A DNA stretch of 42,154 bases from a virus, in the IMG/VR virus record IMGVR_UViG_3300045988_021923; one strand, written 5' to 3'. How positions within the stretch are numbered: the stretch's first letter is position 1; each line of letters begins with the position of its first letter. Shown in pieces: positions 31,466-37,979 of this stretch. The notes under the pieces are model-generated. The model was not told the DNA's origin. It worked only from the letters and a program-made list of their open reading frames with translations, and did no database searches. Position numbers and translations under genes: made by a program.

Positions 31466-31910
31466 AAAAGAAAATAAAGCAGTAGCAAATGTAGATGCCA
31501 TTTTAAATTTAATTATTTCACGCGGTTGGAGCCGTACTTATTTTTCCAAAACCCTTATGGGGAAAAATCACGGATGGCTTACTGATTTAAAAAGAAAAGG
31601 CTGCATTGTATTTCTTGAAGATGCGGCCAAAATATGTATTTTACTGAAAACCACCCCCGAAGAAATCCTTATGCACGAGGGCAAAAACGAAGAAGAAACG
31701 CAAAAGTGCAAAGACAATATTGAGCTGGTAAGGGAGCTGGTGGAGGCGCAGAAAAAGCGCTCCGCCGAAAATGGCGAAGCGCAATATACTGAATTAACCG
31801 ATAAAGAAAAGCAAATCCTTACTCTTTTCCGTCAAATCCCGGAAAAGGAATGGGACAACATTCTTCTTGCGGTTGAAGTTTCTTTACGCAGCAAAGGATT
31901 GTTGAAATAG
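31446..31910 (+). CDS. XRE-like HTH protein, CI-repressor candidate (154 aa)
   Basis: ATG 31446 overlaps the nuclease gene by 20 nt. RGWSRTYFSKTLMGKNHGWLTDLKRKG...EDAAKICILLKTTPEEIL. Confidence 0.6.
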   Translation: MKKAVDKKENKAVANVDAILNLIISRGWSRTYFSKTLMGKNHGWLTDLKRKGCIVFLEDAAKICILLKTTPEEILMHEGKNEEETQKCKDNIELVRELVEAQKKRSAENGEAQYTELTDKEKQILTLFRQIPEKEWDNILLAVEVSLRSKGLLK

Positions 31911-31977
31911 CGACCTCCGCAGCGGCTGCCGGGTCAGTTGACTTGCGTATCATGTCGAGTAACTTTTCTTCGTGCAT
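31819..31977 (-). CDS. Possible small convergent gene (52 aa)
   Basis: AAGGAG SD 10 nt before ATG 31977 (MHEEKLLDMIRKSTDPAAAAEVAISTIL). Its 3-prime 92 nt overlap the 31446-31910 gene antisense, so one of the two calls may be wrong. Confidence 0.3.
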   Translation of the reverse strand: MHEEKLLDMIRKSTDPAAAAEVAISTILCCVKKLQPQEECCPIPFPGFDGKE

Positions 31978-32095
31978 TACAGTCTTCTCCTTCATGTCCA
32001 ATCCCTCCGGCGAAATATTTTTCAAGTCCAATCCTACTATATTTTATCAAGATAAAAATTATTTTTCATACCTGAGTTTTCATCGAAACATTATA

Positions 32096-32136
32096 GTGTG
32101 GCCGACCGGCCACACTTCAGGGGATATCCCCTGAAG
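32096..32136. promoter_or_regulatory. Two abutting palindromes (20 bp and 22 bp), function unknown
   Basis: GTGTGGCCGACCGGCCACAC (9-bp arms) shares one base with the perfect palindrome CTTCAGGGGATATCCCCTGAAG. On the - strand a TATAAT (32095-32090) abuts the first palindrome. Confidence 0.8.
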
Positions 32137-32378
32137 CAATTAAAGGAAACTCAGCCCCGCCGCCTCTGCAACAACAGCGGGGCCGAGTGGCAAGCCTGTG
32201 TGGGGCTGGCTTGCTGCAAATAGAGCATAGCAAAATTGGGTTGGGTACGGCAATCGTCAAACGTGGGAACCCCTTGTTTACTTTATGCAACCTTAGCGGA
32301 CACACTAAAGTAATTTACAGTCTACACTATGATATTTGCCTACCCAAGTTGTGTTCAACAGTGTGGGGAGGTATTTTT

Positions 32379-32813
32379 TTGACTATTCAGGAAATGTGTA
32401 AGGAACGAAAAACTTCTTTGGGGATTACTTCGCAGGAAATAGCAGACCAATCAGGTGTTCCACTATCCACTGTGAACAATTTCTTCGCTCACGCCTCTAA
32501 GTCTCCACCGCTTTATACCGCTGCGCCAATTTGCGCGGTTTTGGGCGTGTCACTGGATGCGTATTTTGGCATTGGAGACCATTTAACCGCAACGGAAGAA
32601 ACCTTGCAGGCGGAAAAGGTCGGTCTGGAAAAGCGCTTATCCAACAAGCGGGAGACGATTGATGTGCAGAATCATACCATCAATGTGATGGAAAAGGGTC
32701 TGCGGATTCGCAACTGCGTGATTTTGGTTATGGGCGTAGCAATCGTCCTGTTGCTGTGCTGGTGCGTATATGTGGATATGCACGCGCTGAATATCGGTTT
32801 TTGGAGGGAATAA
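32379..32813 (+). CDS. XRE-family HTH protein with C-terminal transmembrane anchor (144 aa)
   Basis: TTG 32379 (GGGGAGG SD) or ATG 32394. ITSQEIADQSGVPLSTVNNFF, a coiled segment, then CVILVMGVAIVLLLCWCVYV. The stop overlaps the recombinase start (TAATG). Confidence 0.6.
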   Translation: MTIQEMCKERKTSLGITSQEIADQSGVPLSTVNNFFAHASKSPPLYTAAPICAVLGVSLDAYFGIGDHLTATEETLQAEKVGLEKRLSNKRETIDVQNHTINVMEKGLRIRNCVILVMGVAIVLLLCWCVYVDMHALNIGFWRE

Positions 32814-34117
32814 TGAGAGCTGCGTTATATATCCGCGTGTCCACCGAAGAACAGGCCAAGCAAGGTCTATCCCTCCCGGAACAGAGGGACGCTTTATCAA
32901 AATATGCTGACGCAAACAACATGGAAGTCATCGGCGTATACGAGGATGCCGGTATCAGCGCCCGAAAGCCGTACAAAAAGCGTCCGGCACTATTGCGCTT
33001 ACTTGAAGATTGCAATGCCGGGAAGATTGATGTAATTCTGTTTATCAAACTGGATAGATGGTTCCGCAATGTTTCCGGGTATTATGCAGTGCAAGACCAA
33101 TTAGACAAGTGCGGCGTCAAGTGGCAGGCAACACAAGAGGACTACGAAACGCGCACAGCATCCGGGCGGCTAAAAGTCAACATTATGTTATCTGTGGCGC
33201 AAGACGAAGCTGACCGCACCAGCGAACGAATTAAATTTATCAATGATGGCAAGCGAGCAAAAGGCCAGCCTACTAACGCAAAGGCTCCGCTGGGCCTTGT
33301 GGTAAAAGACCGGCAATATCAAATAGACCCTGATACCGCCGAAGCCGCAAAGGATATGTTTTCCGCATTTATCCGTCTGCGGGGGATTTTGCCCCTAAGA
33401 AAATATATGGCCGCTACGTGGGGAATAAATCGTTCGTATAGCAAATATGTTGGTCTTATCCAAAATCGGTTGTACATCGGAGAAGTATACGGTATTGCCG
33501 ATGCCTGCCCTGCACTAATCAACAAAGACGAATTTACACTCGCAAACGAATTGCTCCAACATCGGAGCCAGCGCGGGGCCAGCGCTTCACCTGACCGCAC
33601 ATATTTGTTTTCTGGCCTGTTGCATTGCCGCGAATGTGGAACCTCGATGCAATCGGAGACCGCGAAGAAAATATATACTTACTACCGCTGCCGAAAGCGT
33701 ATGCTGGATAATTCCGCTTGCCCTCATAATCGCCGTATCCGAGAAGATGTGTTGGAAGAATATTTACTAAGGGAAATCGAACATATCGCTACGGCCTACC
33801 ACGGAAAATACGAAAAAGCAGAAAAAAAGCCTGCCATAGCGGCAGACAAAATTAAACGAAAGATGCAGAAGCTAAAAGAACTTTACCTTGCAGACCTGAT
33901 TGATATTGAGGAATATCGAAAGGATTACGAGGATATGAAACGTAGCCTTGAAATTATGGAAGCGTCTCAGCCGCCTGCATTTGATGTCGGGGCGTTAAAG
34001 TCAGGGCTTGCGGAATATCCACACATGACGAAAGAACAAAAGAAAGGCTTTTGGACACGCACAATCCAGCGCATTGATGCTGATAATGACGGTGCGTTTT
34101 TTGTAACGCCTCGTTAG
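32813..34117 (+). CDS. Large serine recombinase (phage integrase), 434 aa
   Basis: MRAALYIRVSTEEQ...GLSLPEQ resolvase catalytic N-terminus, recombinase domain, and zinc ribbon CRECGTSM...YYRCRKR. Confidence 0.9.
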   Translation: MRAALYIRVSTEEQAKQGLSLPEQRDALSKYADANNMEVIGVYEDAGISARKPYKKRPALLRLLEDCNAGKIDVILFIKLDRWFRNVSGYYAVQDQLDKCGVKWQATQEDYETRTASGRLKVNIMLSVAQDEADRTSERIKFINDGKRAKGQPTNAKAPLGLVVKDRQYQIDPDTAEAAKDMFSAFIRLRGILPLRKYMAATWGINRSYSKYVGLIQNRLYIGEVYGIADACPALINKDEFTLANELLQHRSQRGASASPDRTYLFSGLLHCRECGTSMQSETAKKIYTYYRCRKRMLDNSACPHNRRIREDVLEEYLLREIEHIATAYHGKYEKAEKKPAIAADKIKRKMQKLKELYLADLIDIEEYRKDYEDMKRSLEIMEASQPPAFDVGALKSGLAEYPHMTKEQKKGFWTRTIQRIDADNDGAFFVTPR

Positions 34118-34159
34118 GCATATTTTACGTTGCGGTTAGTCACAGTGAAATATGCCTAA
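34114..34159. promoter_or_regulatory. attP candidate: 12-bp perfect inverted repeat with 22-bp spacer (46 bp)
   Basis: TTAGGCATATTT (34114-34125) and AAATATGCCTAA (34148-34159). It overlaps the recombinase stop codon. Size and outer-arm symmetry resemble serine-integrase attP sites. Confidence 0.4.
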
Positions 34160-34188
34160 AATCCCCCGCCTTTGTAGACGGGGGATTT
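34159..34188. terminator. Bidirectional terminator between the recombinase gene and the convergent accessory operon
   Basis: AAATCCCCCG-10 nt-CGGGGGATTT. On the - strand it is followed by TTTTAGGCATATTT. Confidence 0.65.
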
Positions 34189-34189
34189 C

Positions 34190-34519
34190 TCATATAGCCT
34201 GAAGTTTTCGCATGACATTATCATAGACCTTTCTGTTTACCACTTTCAAGGTGTCCAACAGTTCATCCATGATTTCCCATGCTTTTTCTGGGTCTTTACC
34301 ATCGACAGCTCTCAAAAAGTCACTGTCACCAGAAATACGAACTGCTTCAGGGGCGGGGGATGCTGAATACATGGCTATGGGCGGAGCAGGCCGGTCATCC
34401 TTTTGATTTTGGTGGTCTTGTACGATGTACAGCGCCGCTAACTTCTCATAGTTTGACCAGCTTGTTTCTTCCGTTTTGAGGCGGTTAATCCACAGACCAA
34501 TTTCTTTTTCGTCAACCAT
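34190..34519 (-). CDS. Hypothetical protein (109 aa), last gene of the accessory operon
   Basis: Intact ORF with an ATG start. No motif recognised. Confidence 0.65.
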   Translation of the reverse strand: MVDEKEIGLWINRLKTEETSWSNYEKLAALYIVQDHQNQKDDRPAPPIAMYSASPAPEAVRISGDSDFLRAVDGKDPEKAWEIMDELLDTLKVVNRKVYDNVMRKLQAI

Positions 34520-34534
34520 GGGGATTACACCCCC

Positions 34535-34927
34535 TTATCCCTCCACAGCGTCCATGCAGCGCTGGATAGCTCTACGGAGGGTATCATCATCCGCTTCATC
34601 AAGCATTTCCTGAAGCTGCCGCTTCATATTATCTTTTCCGCTGTCTCTGCTGTAATGACCTCTGACGTAATGCGTACCCCGCCGCGCATAGGAGCTGTCG
34701 CGGCCATAATTGCCCCGCATATCGGCCTCCCAGTTCCCATCACGGGAATAGCGCCGGGAATAACCGCCATCATCTTCCATCATTTCGATTTTGTCGATGT
34801 TCTTGACCGTGCCTACCAGCTTATAGGCGATATCCAAATCGCCCGCGCCAAGCTCACCTTTTCGGGTGATTTCGTCCAGTTCCTTGCAGAGCATATCTCG
34901 CAAATCATACATTGCTTTCATACCCAT
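34535..34927 (-). CDS. Hypothetical protein with Arg/Tyr/Ser/Gly-rich centre (130 aa)
   Basis: AAGGAGG SD 6 nt upstream. MGMKAMYDLRDMLCKELDEI...RQLQEMLDEADDDTLRRAIQRCMDAVEG. From recollection, this family is widespread in Clostridia with unknown function. Confidence 0.65.
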   Translation of the reverse strand: MGMKAMYDLRDMLCKELDEITRKGELGAGDLDIAYKLVGTVKNIDKIEMMEDDGGYSRRYSRDGNWEADMRGNYGRDSSYARRGTHYVRGHYSRDSGKDNMKRQLQEMLDEADDDTLRRAIQRCMDAVEG

Positions 34928-34938
34928 AATGTACCTCC

Positions 34939-35361
34939 TTAGCTTACCCGGTCAACCGTCAGGTTGGAGTTGGCAAAATTGATTGCCTGCGTGCTGGTGT
35001 TTTCCATGGCCACCGTCAGGCAGCAGCCACGGGGGACCTCCACAATGGCACTGACAAAAATGTTAAAATAGTTTTCCACGGCAGCCGGGGTCACGGTGGC
35101 CGTGGCGCTGGTCAGCGGCTCCCCGTTAATAGCCAGCGCGGCGGTAATGGCCTCCACCGTGCCGCCGGTGGGGATAGCAATGTTGCCGCCAAACGTCACC
35201 CGGAAACGGGCCTTGCACTGGTTGGTAAGGCCCCGCAGGGTCACAATGCCCGCGCCCTCACGGTGCACGATGCAGGGCTTGCTGTTGACCGCTGTCTCAG
35301 TCAGCGGCACATTTTGGCCTGCCGCGACCTCAACAATATTGGAGTTAGTATACTCAGCCAT
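34939..35361 (-). CDS. Beta-rich hypothetical protein, possibly BclA-C-terminal/C1q-like fold (140 aa)
   Basis: Sequence style (VPL..., alternating beta-strand pattern, ...AMENTSTQAINFANSNLTV) recalls exosporium BclA C-terminal domains. Weak, unverified. Confidence 0.6.
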   Translation of the reverse strand: MAEYTNSNIVEVAAGQNVPLTETAVNSKPCIVHREGAGIVTLRGLTNQCKARFRVTFGGNIAIPTGGTVEAITAALAINGEPLTSATATVTPAAVENYFNIFVSAIVEVPRGCCLTVAMENTSTQAINFANSNLTVDRVS

Positions 35362-35384
35362 AAAATCAATCCTTTCATGTAACA

Positions 35385-35408
35385 GCGGCGGGGCTACTGC
35401 CCCGCCGC
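35385..35408. promoter_or_regulatory. Intra-operon GC hairpin (10-bp stem, 4-nt loop)
   Basis: GCGGCGGGGC-TACT-GCCCCGCCGC lies between two operon genes. Confidence 0.3.
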
Positions 35409-35477
35409 GTTGTTGTCAGTATCGGCATGGGGCCGATCATCCCGGTCATGCCGCCGGGAAGCTACATTGTGCAGTTG

Positions 35478-36209
35478 TCAGCAGCCGCAGCCACCGCAGC
35501 CGTTGTACGTGCCTGCCGCCCAAGGGTTGCAGGACTGGTACGCCGGGATGGGCGTGGGCCGAAGCTGGGAGATCAGATAGTTGTTCTGGGCGGCCTGAGA
35601 GGCAGCCAGACGCAGCTCCTGATTGGCGCTCTGGAGATCCTGCAGCTTGCTCTGGGTCAGGAAATCGAGGATCGCGCGGCTGTTGCTGTTGGCGTTGTCG
35701 ATGATGTCCCGCGTTGCGGTCTGGATGGTGTTGCGGGTGTCGCAGCCCTGCGTAGCCATGTCATACCGGAGCTGTGCCGTGTCGGCCCGCTGGTTGCAGC
35801 AGCACTCAGCGGCCTGCATCTGCATGGCAGTCAACTGCTGCATGAGAGCCGCCTGCTGGTTGGCGCGGGAAAGCTCTGCCTGCCCGAAGCCGTTTGCCAT
35901 TGCCATGTTGGTGTTGTTGATGAGCTGCGCCTGCTGGTAAAAACCGTTGCACAGGCCGTCGTTCACGCCGTCGATCTTGCGCTCAACATTGGCAAAGTCA
36001 GAGGTCAGCACATAGCCGTCGACCACGCCGGCGCCATTGCCGCCGTTGTTGCCCCAGCCGTTGCCGCCCCAGCCGCAAAAGACAAACAAAAACAGGATAA
36101 TGATCCACCATGCACCGTCACCGCCCCAGCCAAAGCCGTTTCCGCTGCCGGAGGTGTTGGCGGGAGCCACAGGCATGGTCATCGTCGGCATACCGTCAGA
36201 TAGAGACAT
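35478..36209 (-). CDS. Membrane-anchored Gly/Trp-rich, Gln/Asn-rich coiled-coil protein with Cys-rich C-terminus (243 aa)
   Basis: GFGWGGDGAWWIIILFLFVFCGWGGNGWGNNGGNG (one TM helix), central Q/N-rich helices containing ECCCNQ, and a C-terminal GCGGCGC. Confidence 0.65.
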   Translation of the reverse strand: MSLSDGMPTMTMPVAPANTSGSGNGFGWGGDGAWWIIILFLFVFCGWGGNGWGNNGGNGAGVVDGYVLTSDFANVERKIDGVNDGLCNGFYQQAQLINNTNMAMANGFGQAELSRANQQAALMQQLTAMQMQAAECCCNQRADTAQLRYDMATQGCDTRNTIQTATRDIIDNANSNSRAILDFLTQSKLQDLQSANQELRLAASQAAQNNYLISQLRPTPIPAYQSCNPWAAGTYNGCGGCGC

Positions 36210-36239
36210 GATATCTCTCCTTTCAAAATTTTATCAATC

Positions 36240-36257
36240 AAATCGTGGCCACGATTT
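36240..36257. promoter_or_regulatory. 18-bp perfect palindrome AAATCGTGGCCACGATTT between operon genes
   Basis: Direct reading. On the - strand it is followed by a T-rich run. Confidence 0.3.
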
Positions 36258-36260
36258 TGA

Positions 36261-36479
36261 TTACCGCAAAAAGCTCTCAAATTGCTTTGCCATTGCCTGC
36301 AGCTGGTTCAGCTGCTGCTGGCTCATTTTGCCGGATTGCAGCAGCTTTTCCACCTCCGCTTTTGGATCGCCCTGAAACGTGGCGCGGAACTGGTTAAATT
36401 GCTGCATGAGCCGCTGAAATTGGCCCATCGGCCCCGGCATCTGACCGCCGCCCATGGCCTTTAAAAACGGATTAGCCAT
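36261..36479 (-). CDS. Small Gln-rich helical protein (72 aa)
   Basis: The start overlaps the upstream stop by 8 nt. MANPFLKAMGGGQMPGPMGQFQRLMQQFNQF. Confidence 0.6.
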   Translation of the reverse strand: MANPFLKAMGGGQMPGPMGQFQRLMQQFNQFRATFQGDPKAEVEKLLQSGKMSQQQLNQLQAMAKQFESFLR

Positions 36480-36918
36480 CAGCCTCCGCCTCCTTTACTT
36501 TCTTCGCGGGCCTTTCTTTGCCTCGAATTTCGCCCACAATCGCCGCCAGACGGTCAAATTCCTCCCGCGTGACAAAATCCACGGCCTTAGCCTGCGGTGC
36601 GGCAGGCGGCGTCTGAGAGCGCTCTACGAGGTCATAAATTTTAAGGGACGGTTTGCCGCTGGCGTCCGCCTGCTTGAGATACACGGTGGGAGCCGTGCTG
36701 TCCCACAGCGCCACGGCGGCGTTAGGCGCGATCATCCAGTTGCGGGCCTCCTGCTCTCCGGCCACCCACTGGACGCCGCTCTGAGCCACCGGATTTTGCG
36801 GGGCCTGCGGCATCTGGGGCGTCATGGGCTGCATCTGCTGCTGACGCATCTGCATGAGGTTATCCGGCATAGGCGGCGCGTAATAGGGATTTTGCCAGCC
36901 GTAAGGTGTGTATGCCAT
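36472..36918 (-). CDS. Hypothetical protein with Pro/Gln/Met-rich N-terminus (148 aa)
   Basis: ATG 36918 (AAGGAGG 9 nt upstream) is preferred over the track start 36927. Conserved-looking core GVQWVAGEQEARNWMIAPNAAVALWDSTAPTVYLKQADASGKPS. Confidence 0.6.
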   Translation of the reverse strand: MAYTPYGWQNPYYAPPMPDNLMQMRQQQMQPMTPQMPQAPQNPVAQSGVQWVAGEQEARNWMIAPNAAVALWDSTAPTVYLKQADASGKPSLKIYDLVERSQTPPAAPQAKAVDFVTREEFDRLAAIVGEIRGKERPAKKVKEAEADG

Positions 36919-36919
36919 G

Positions 36920-37300
36920 TCAATCATCCTCCTTGACCCAGTAATATAAGATTGTCTCGTTGCTGCTGTCCCAGCTATCCCAGATTACCCCGTCCTGTAC
37001 GCAGACTACGTGGCCGGACAGCGCCAAAATATACGTGCCTACCGGGTGATCGTTCGCAAACTGCCCCACCGTGTAGCAATCCGGGCAGGTGTCCGGCACG
37101 ATATACCGCTTGTACCCGATGCTGTGGAGATACCGCCCCCAGCAGGCATTGGCGGAGGGCATATCACCGTCAAGATACCCTTGGATGCACAATCGCAGAT
37201 ACGTCTCGCCCCAGTCCTTGCCGGTGGCCTTGGAGATAGCTCGCACGGTGCAGTCCCCTACATTTTTCCCACAGGGATTTTGGTTAAAGTACTCAAACAT
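36920..37300 (-). CDS. Putative papain-like cysteine peptidase-fold protein (126 aa)
   Basis: Trimmed to MFEYFNQNPCGKNVGDCTVRAISKATG (candidate catalytic Cys), with a later GHVVCV...DSWDS (candidate His/Asp). Assignment is inferential. Confidence 0.55.
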   Translation of the reverse strand: MFEYFNQNPCGKNVGDCTVRAISKATGKDWGETYLRLCIQGYLDGDMPSANACWGRYLHSIGYKRYIVPDTCPDCYTVGQFANDHPVGTYILALSGHVVCVQDGVIWDSWDSSNETILYYWVKEDD

Positions 37301-37415
37301 GGAACAGCTCCGCAAAATACACGTAGGTCCGCAGCTCCTCCGGGTCCGGGAACAGCCTTAAAATGTCCATTGCCATTTGCTCCGTGTAGCCGATGGCAAG
37401 CAGTCGGTCGTACAT
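37293..37415 (-). CDS. Small leader-position protein (40 aa)
   Basis: Only the last 40 codons of track ORF 37293..37898 are kept. AAGGAGG SD 7 nt before ATG 37415. The stop overlaps the next start by 8 nt. Confidence 0.45.
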   Translation of the reverse strand: MYDRLLAIGYTEQMAMDILRLFPDPEELRTYVYFAELFHV

Positions 37416-37447
37416 CGCGCACCTCCTTGTCTTGCCCTTATGGTAGC

Positions 37448-37474
37448 AAAAAACCGGGCAGCCAAACTGCCCGG
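37448..37474 (-). terminator. - strand hairpin plus U-run immediately upstream of the accessory operon RBS
   Basis: On the - strand: CCGGGCAG-TTTGG-CTGCCCGG followed by TTTTTTG. It ends ~30 nt before ATG 37415. Confidence 0.5.
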
Positions 37475-37505
37475 AAACTGCCTGTATTCTGCCCTCAAAC
37501 TGCCC
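37462..37505. repeat. Four tandem 11-bp repeats nnAAACTGCCC
   Basis: CCAAACTGCCC GGAAACTGCCT GTATTCTGCCC TCAAACTGCCC at exact 11-bp phasing. An inverted GGGCAG copy lies at 37456-37461. Confidence 0.9.
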
Positions 37506-37537
37506 AAAAAATATTTTGACTTTTTTGCTTTTTCTTC

Positions 37538-37566
37538 TTGACTTTACGCTAATATTAGCGTATAAT
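37538..37566 (+). promoter_or_regulatory. Promoter copy 1: TTGACT-17-TATAAT with 16-bp palindromic operator in the spacer
   Basis: The spacer contains ACGCTAATATTAGCGT. The 31-bp core is identical to 39484-39514. Confidence 0.75.
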
Positions 37567-37610
37567 AAGGATGTAAACAAGAGAGGGGAACACCCCGGGA
37601 GGAAATAAAA

Positions 37611-37961
37611 ATGAACTACAACAAGAGTGAGATCATGAAAGCCGCATGGACCCTTTACAGAACGGCTCAGAAGTGGGTCAACAAGCTCAGCTTCGGTGAG
37701 TGCCTCCGCCGCGCATGGGAAAACGCCAAGCGCACCCTTGAAGCCACCAAGAAACTCATGTCCAACGACTGCATGAAGGTCATCAACGGCGTTCGCCTTA
37801 GTCTCCGCCGCACCGTCGTAGCCGACTATGCGATGGGCTGGATCGTGACCGGCAAGACTTACGCCGCCCGCAAGGAGCTCAAGTCCGCAGGCTTTCACTG
37901 GGACCCCGAATCTTCCAACTGGTTTACCACCGACCGTAAAGTCGCCGAGTATTTTTGCTAA
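37611..37961 (+). CDS. Hypothetical protein (116 aa)
   Basis: GGGAGG SD. SEIMKAAWTLYR...SFGECLRRAW and a C-terminal GWIVTGKTYAARKELKSAGFHWD...NWF. Both modules are seen in phage/plasmid proteins of unknown function (recollection). Confidence 0.7.
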   Translation: MNYNKSEIMKAAWTLYRTAQKWVNKLSFGECLRRAWENAKRTLEATKKLMSNDCMKVINGVRLSLRRTVVADYAMGWIVTGKTYAARKELKSAGFHWDPESSNWFTTDRKVAEYFC

Positions 37962-37979
37962 TGAGAGAGGAGATCAAGC

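Noticed and set aside
37293-37898. 201-aa - strand ORF spanning the divergent control region
   Set aside because: Most of it runs through the promoter/repeat region and antisense to the 37611-37961 gene. Only the last 40 codons, which have a strong SD at 37422-37428, are kept as a possible small gene.
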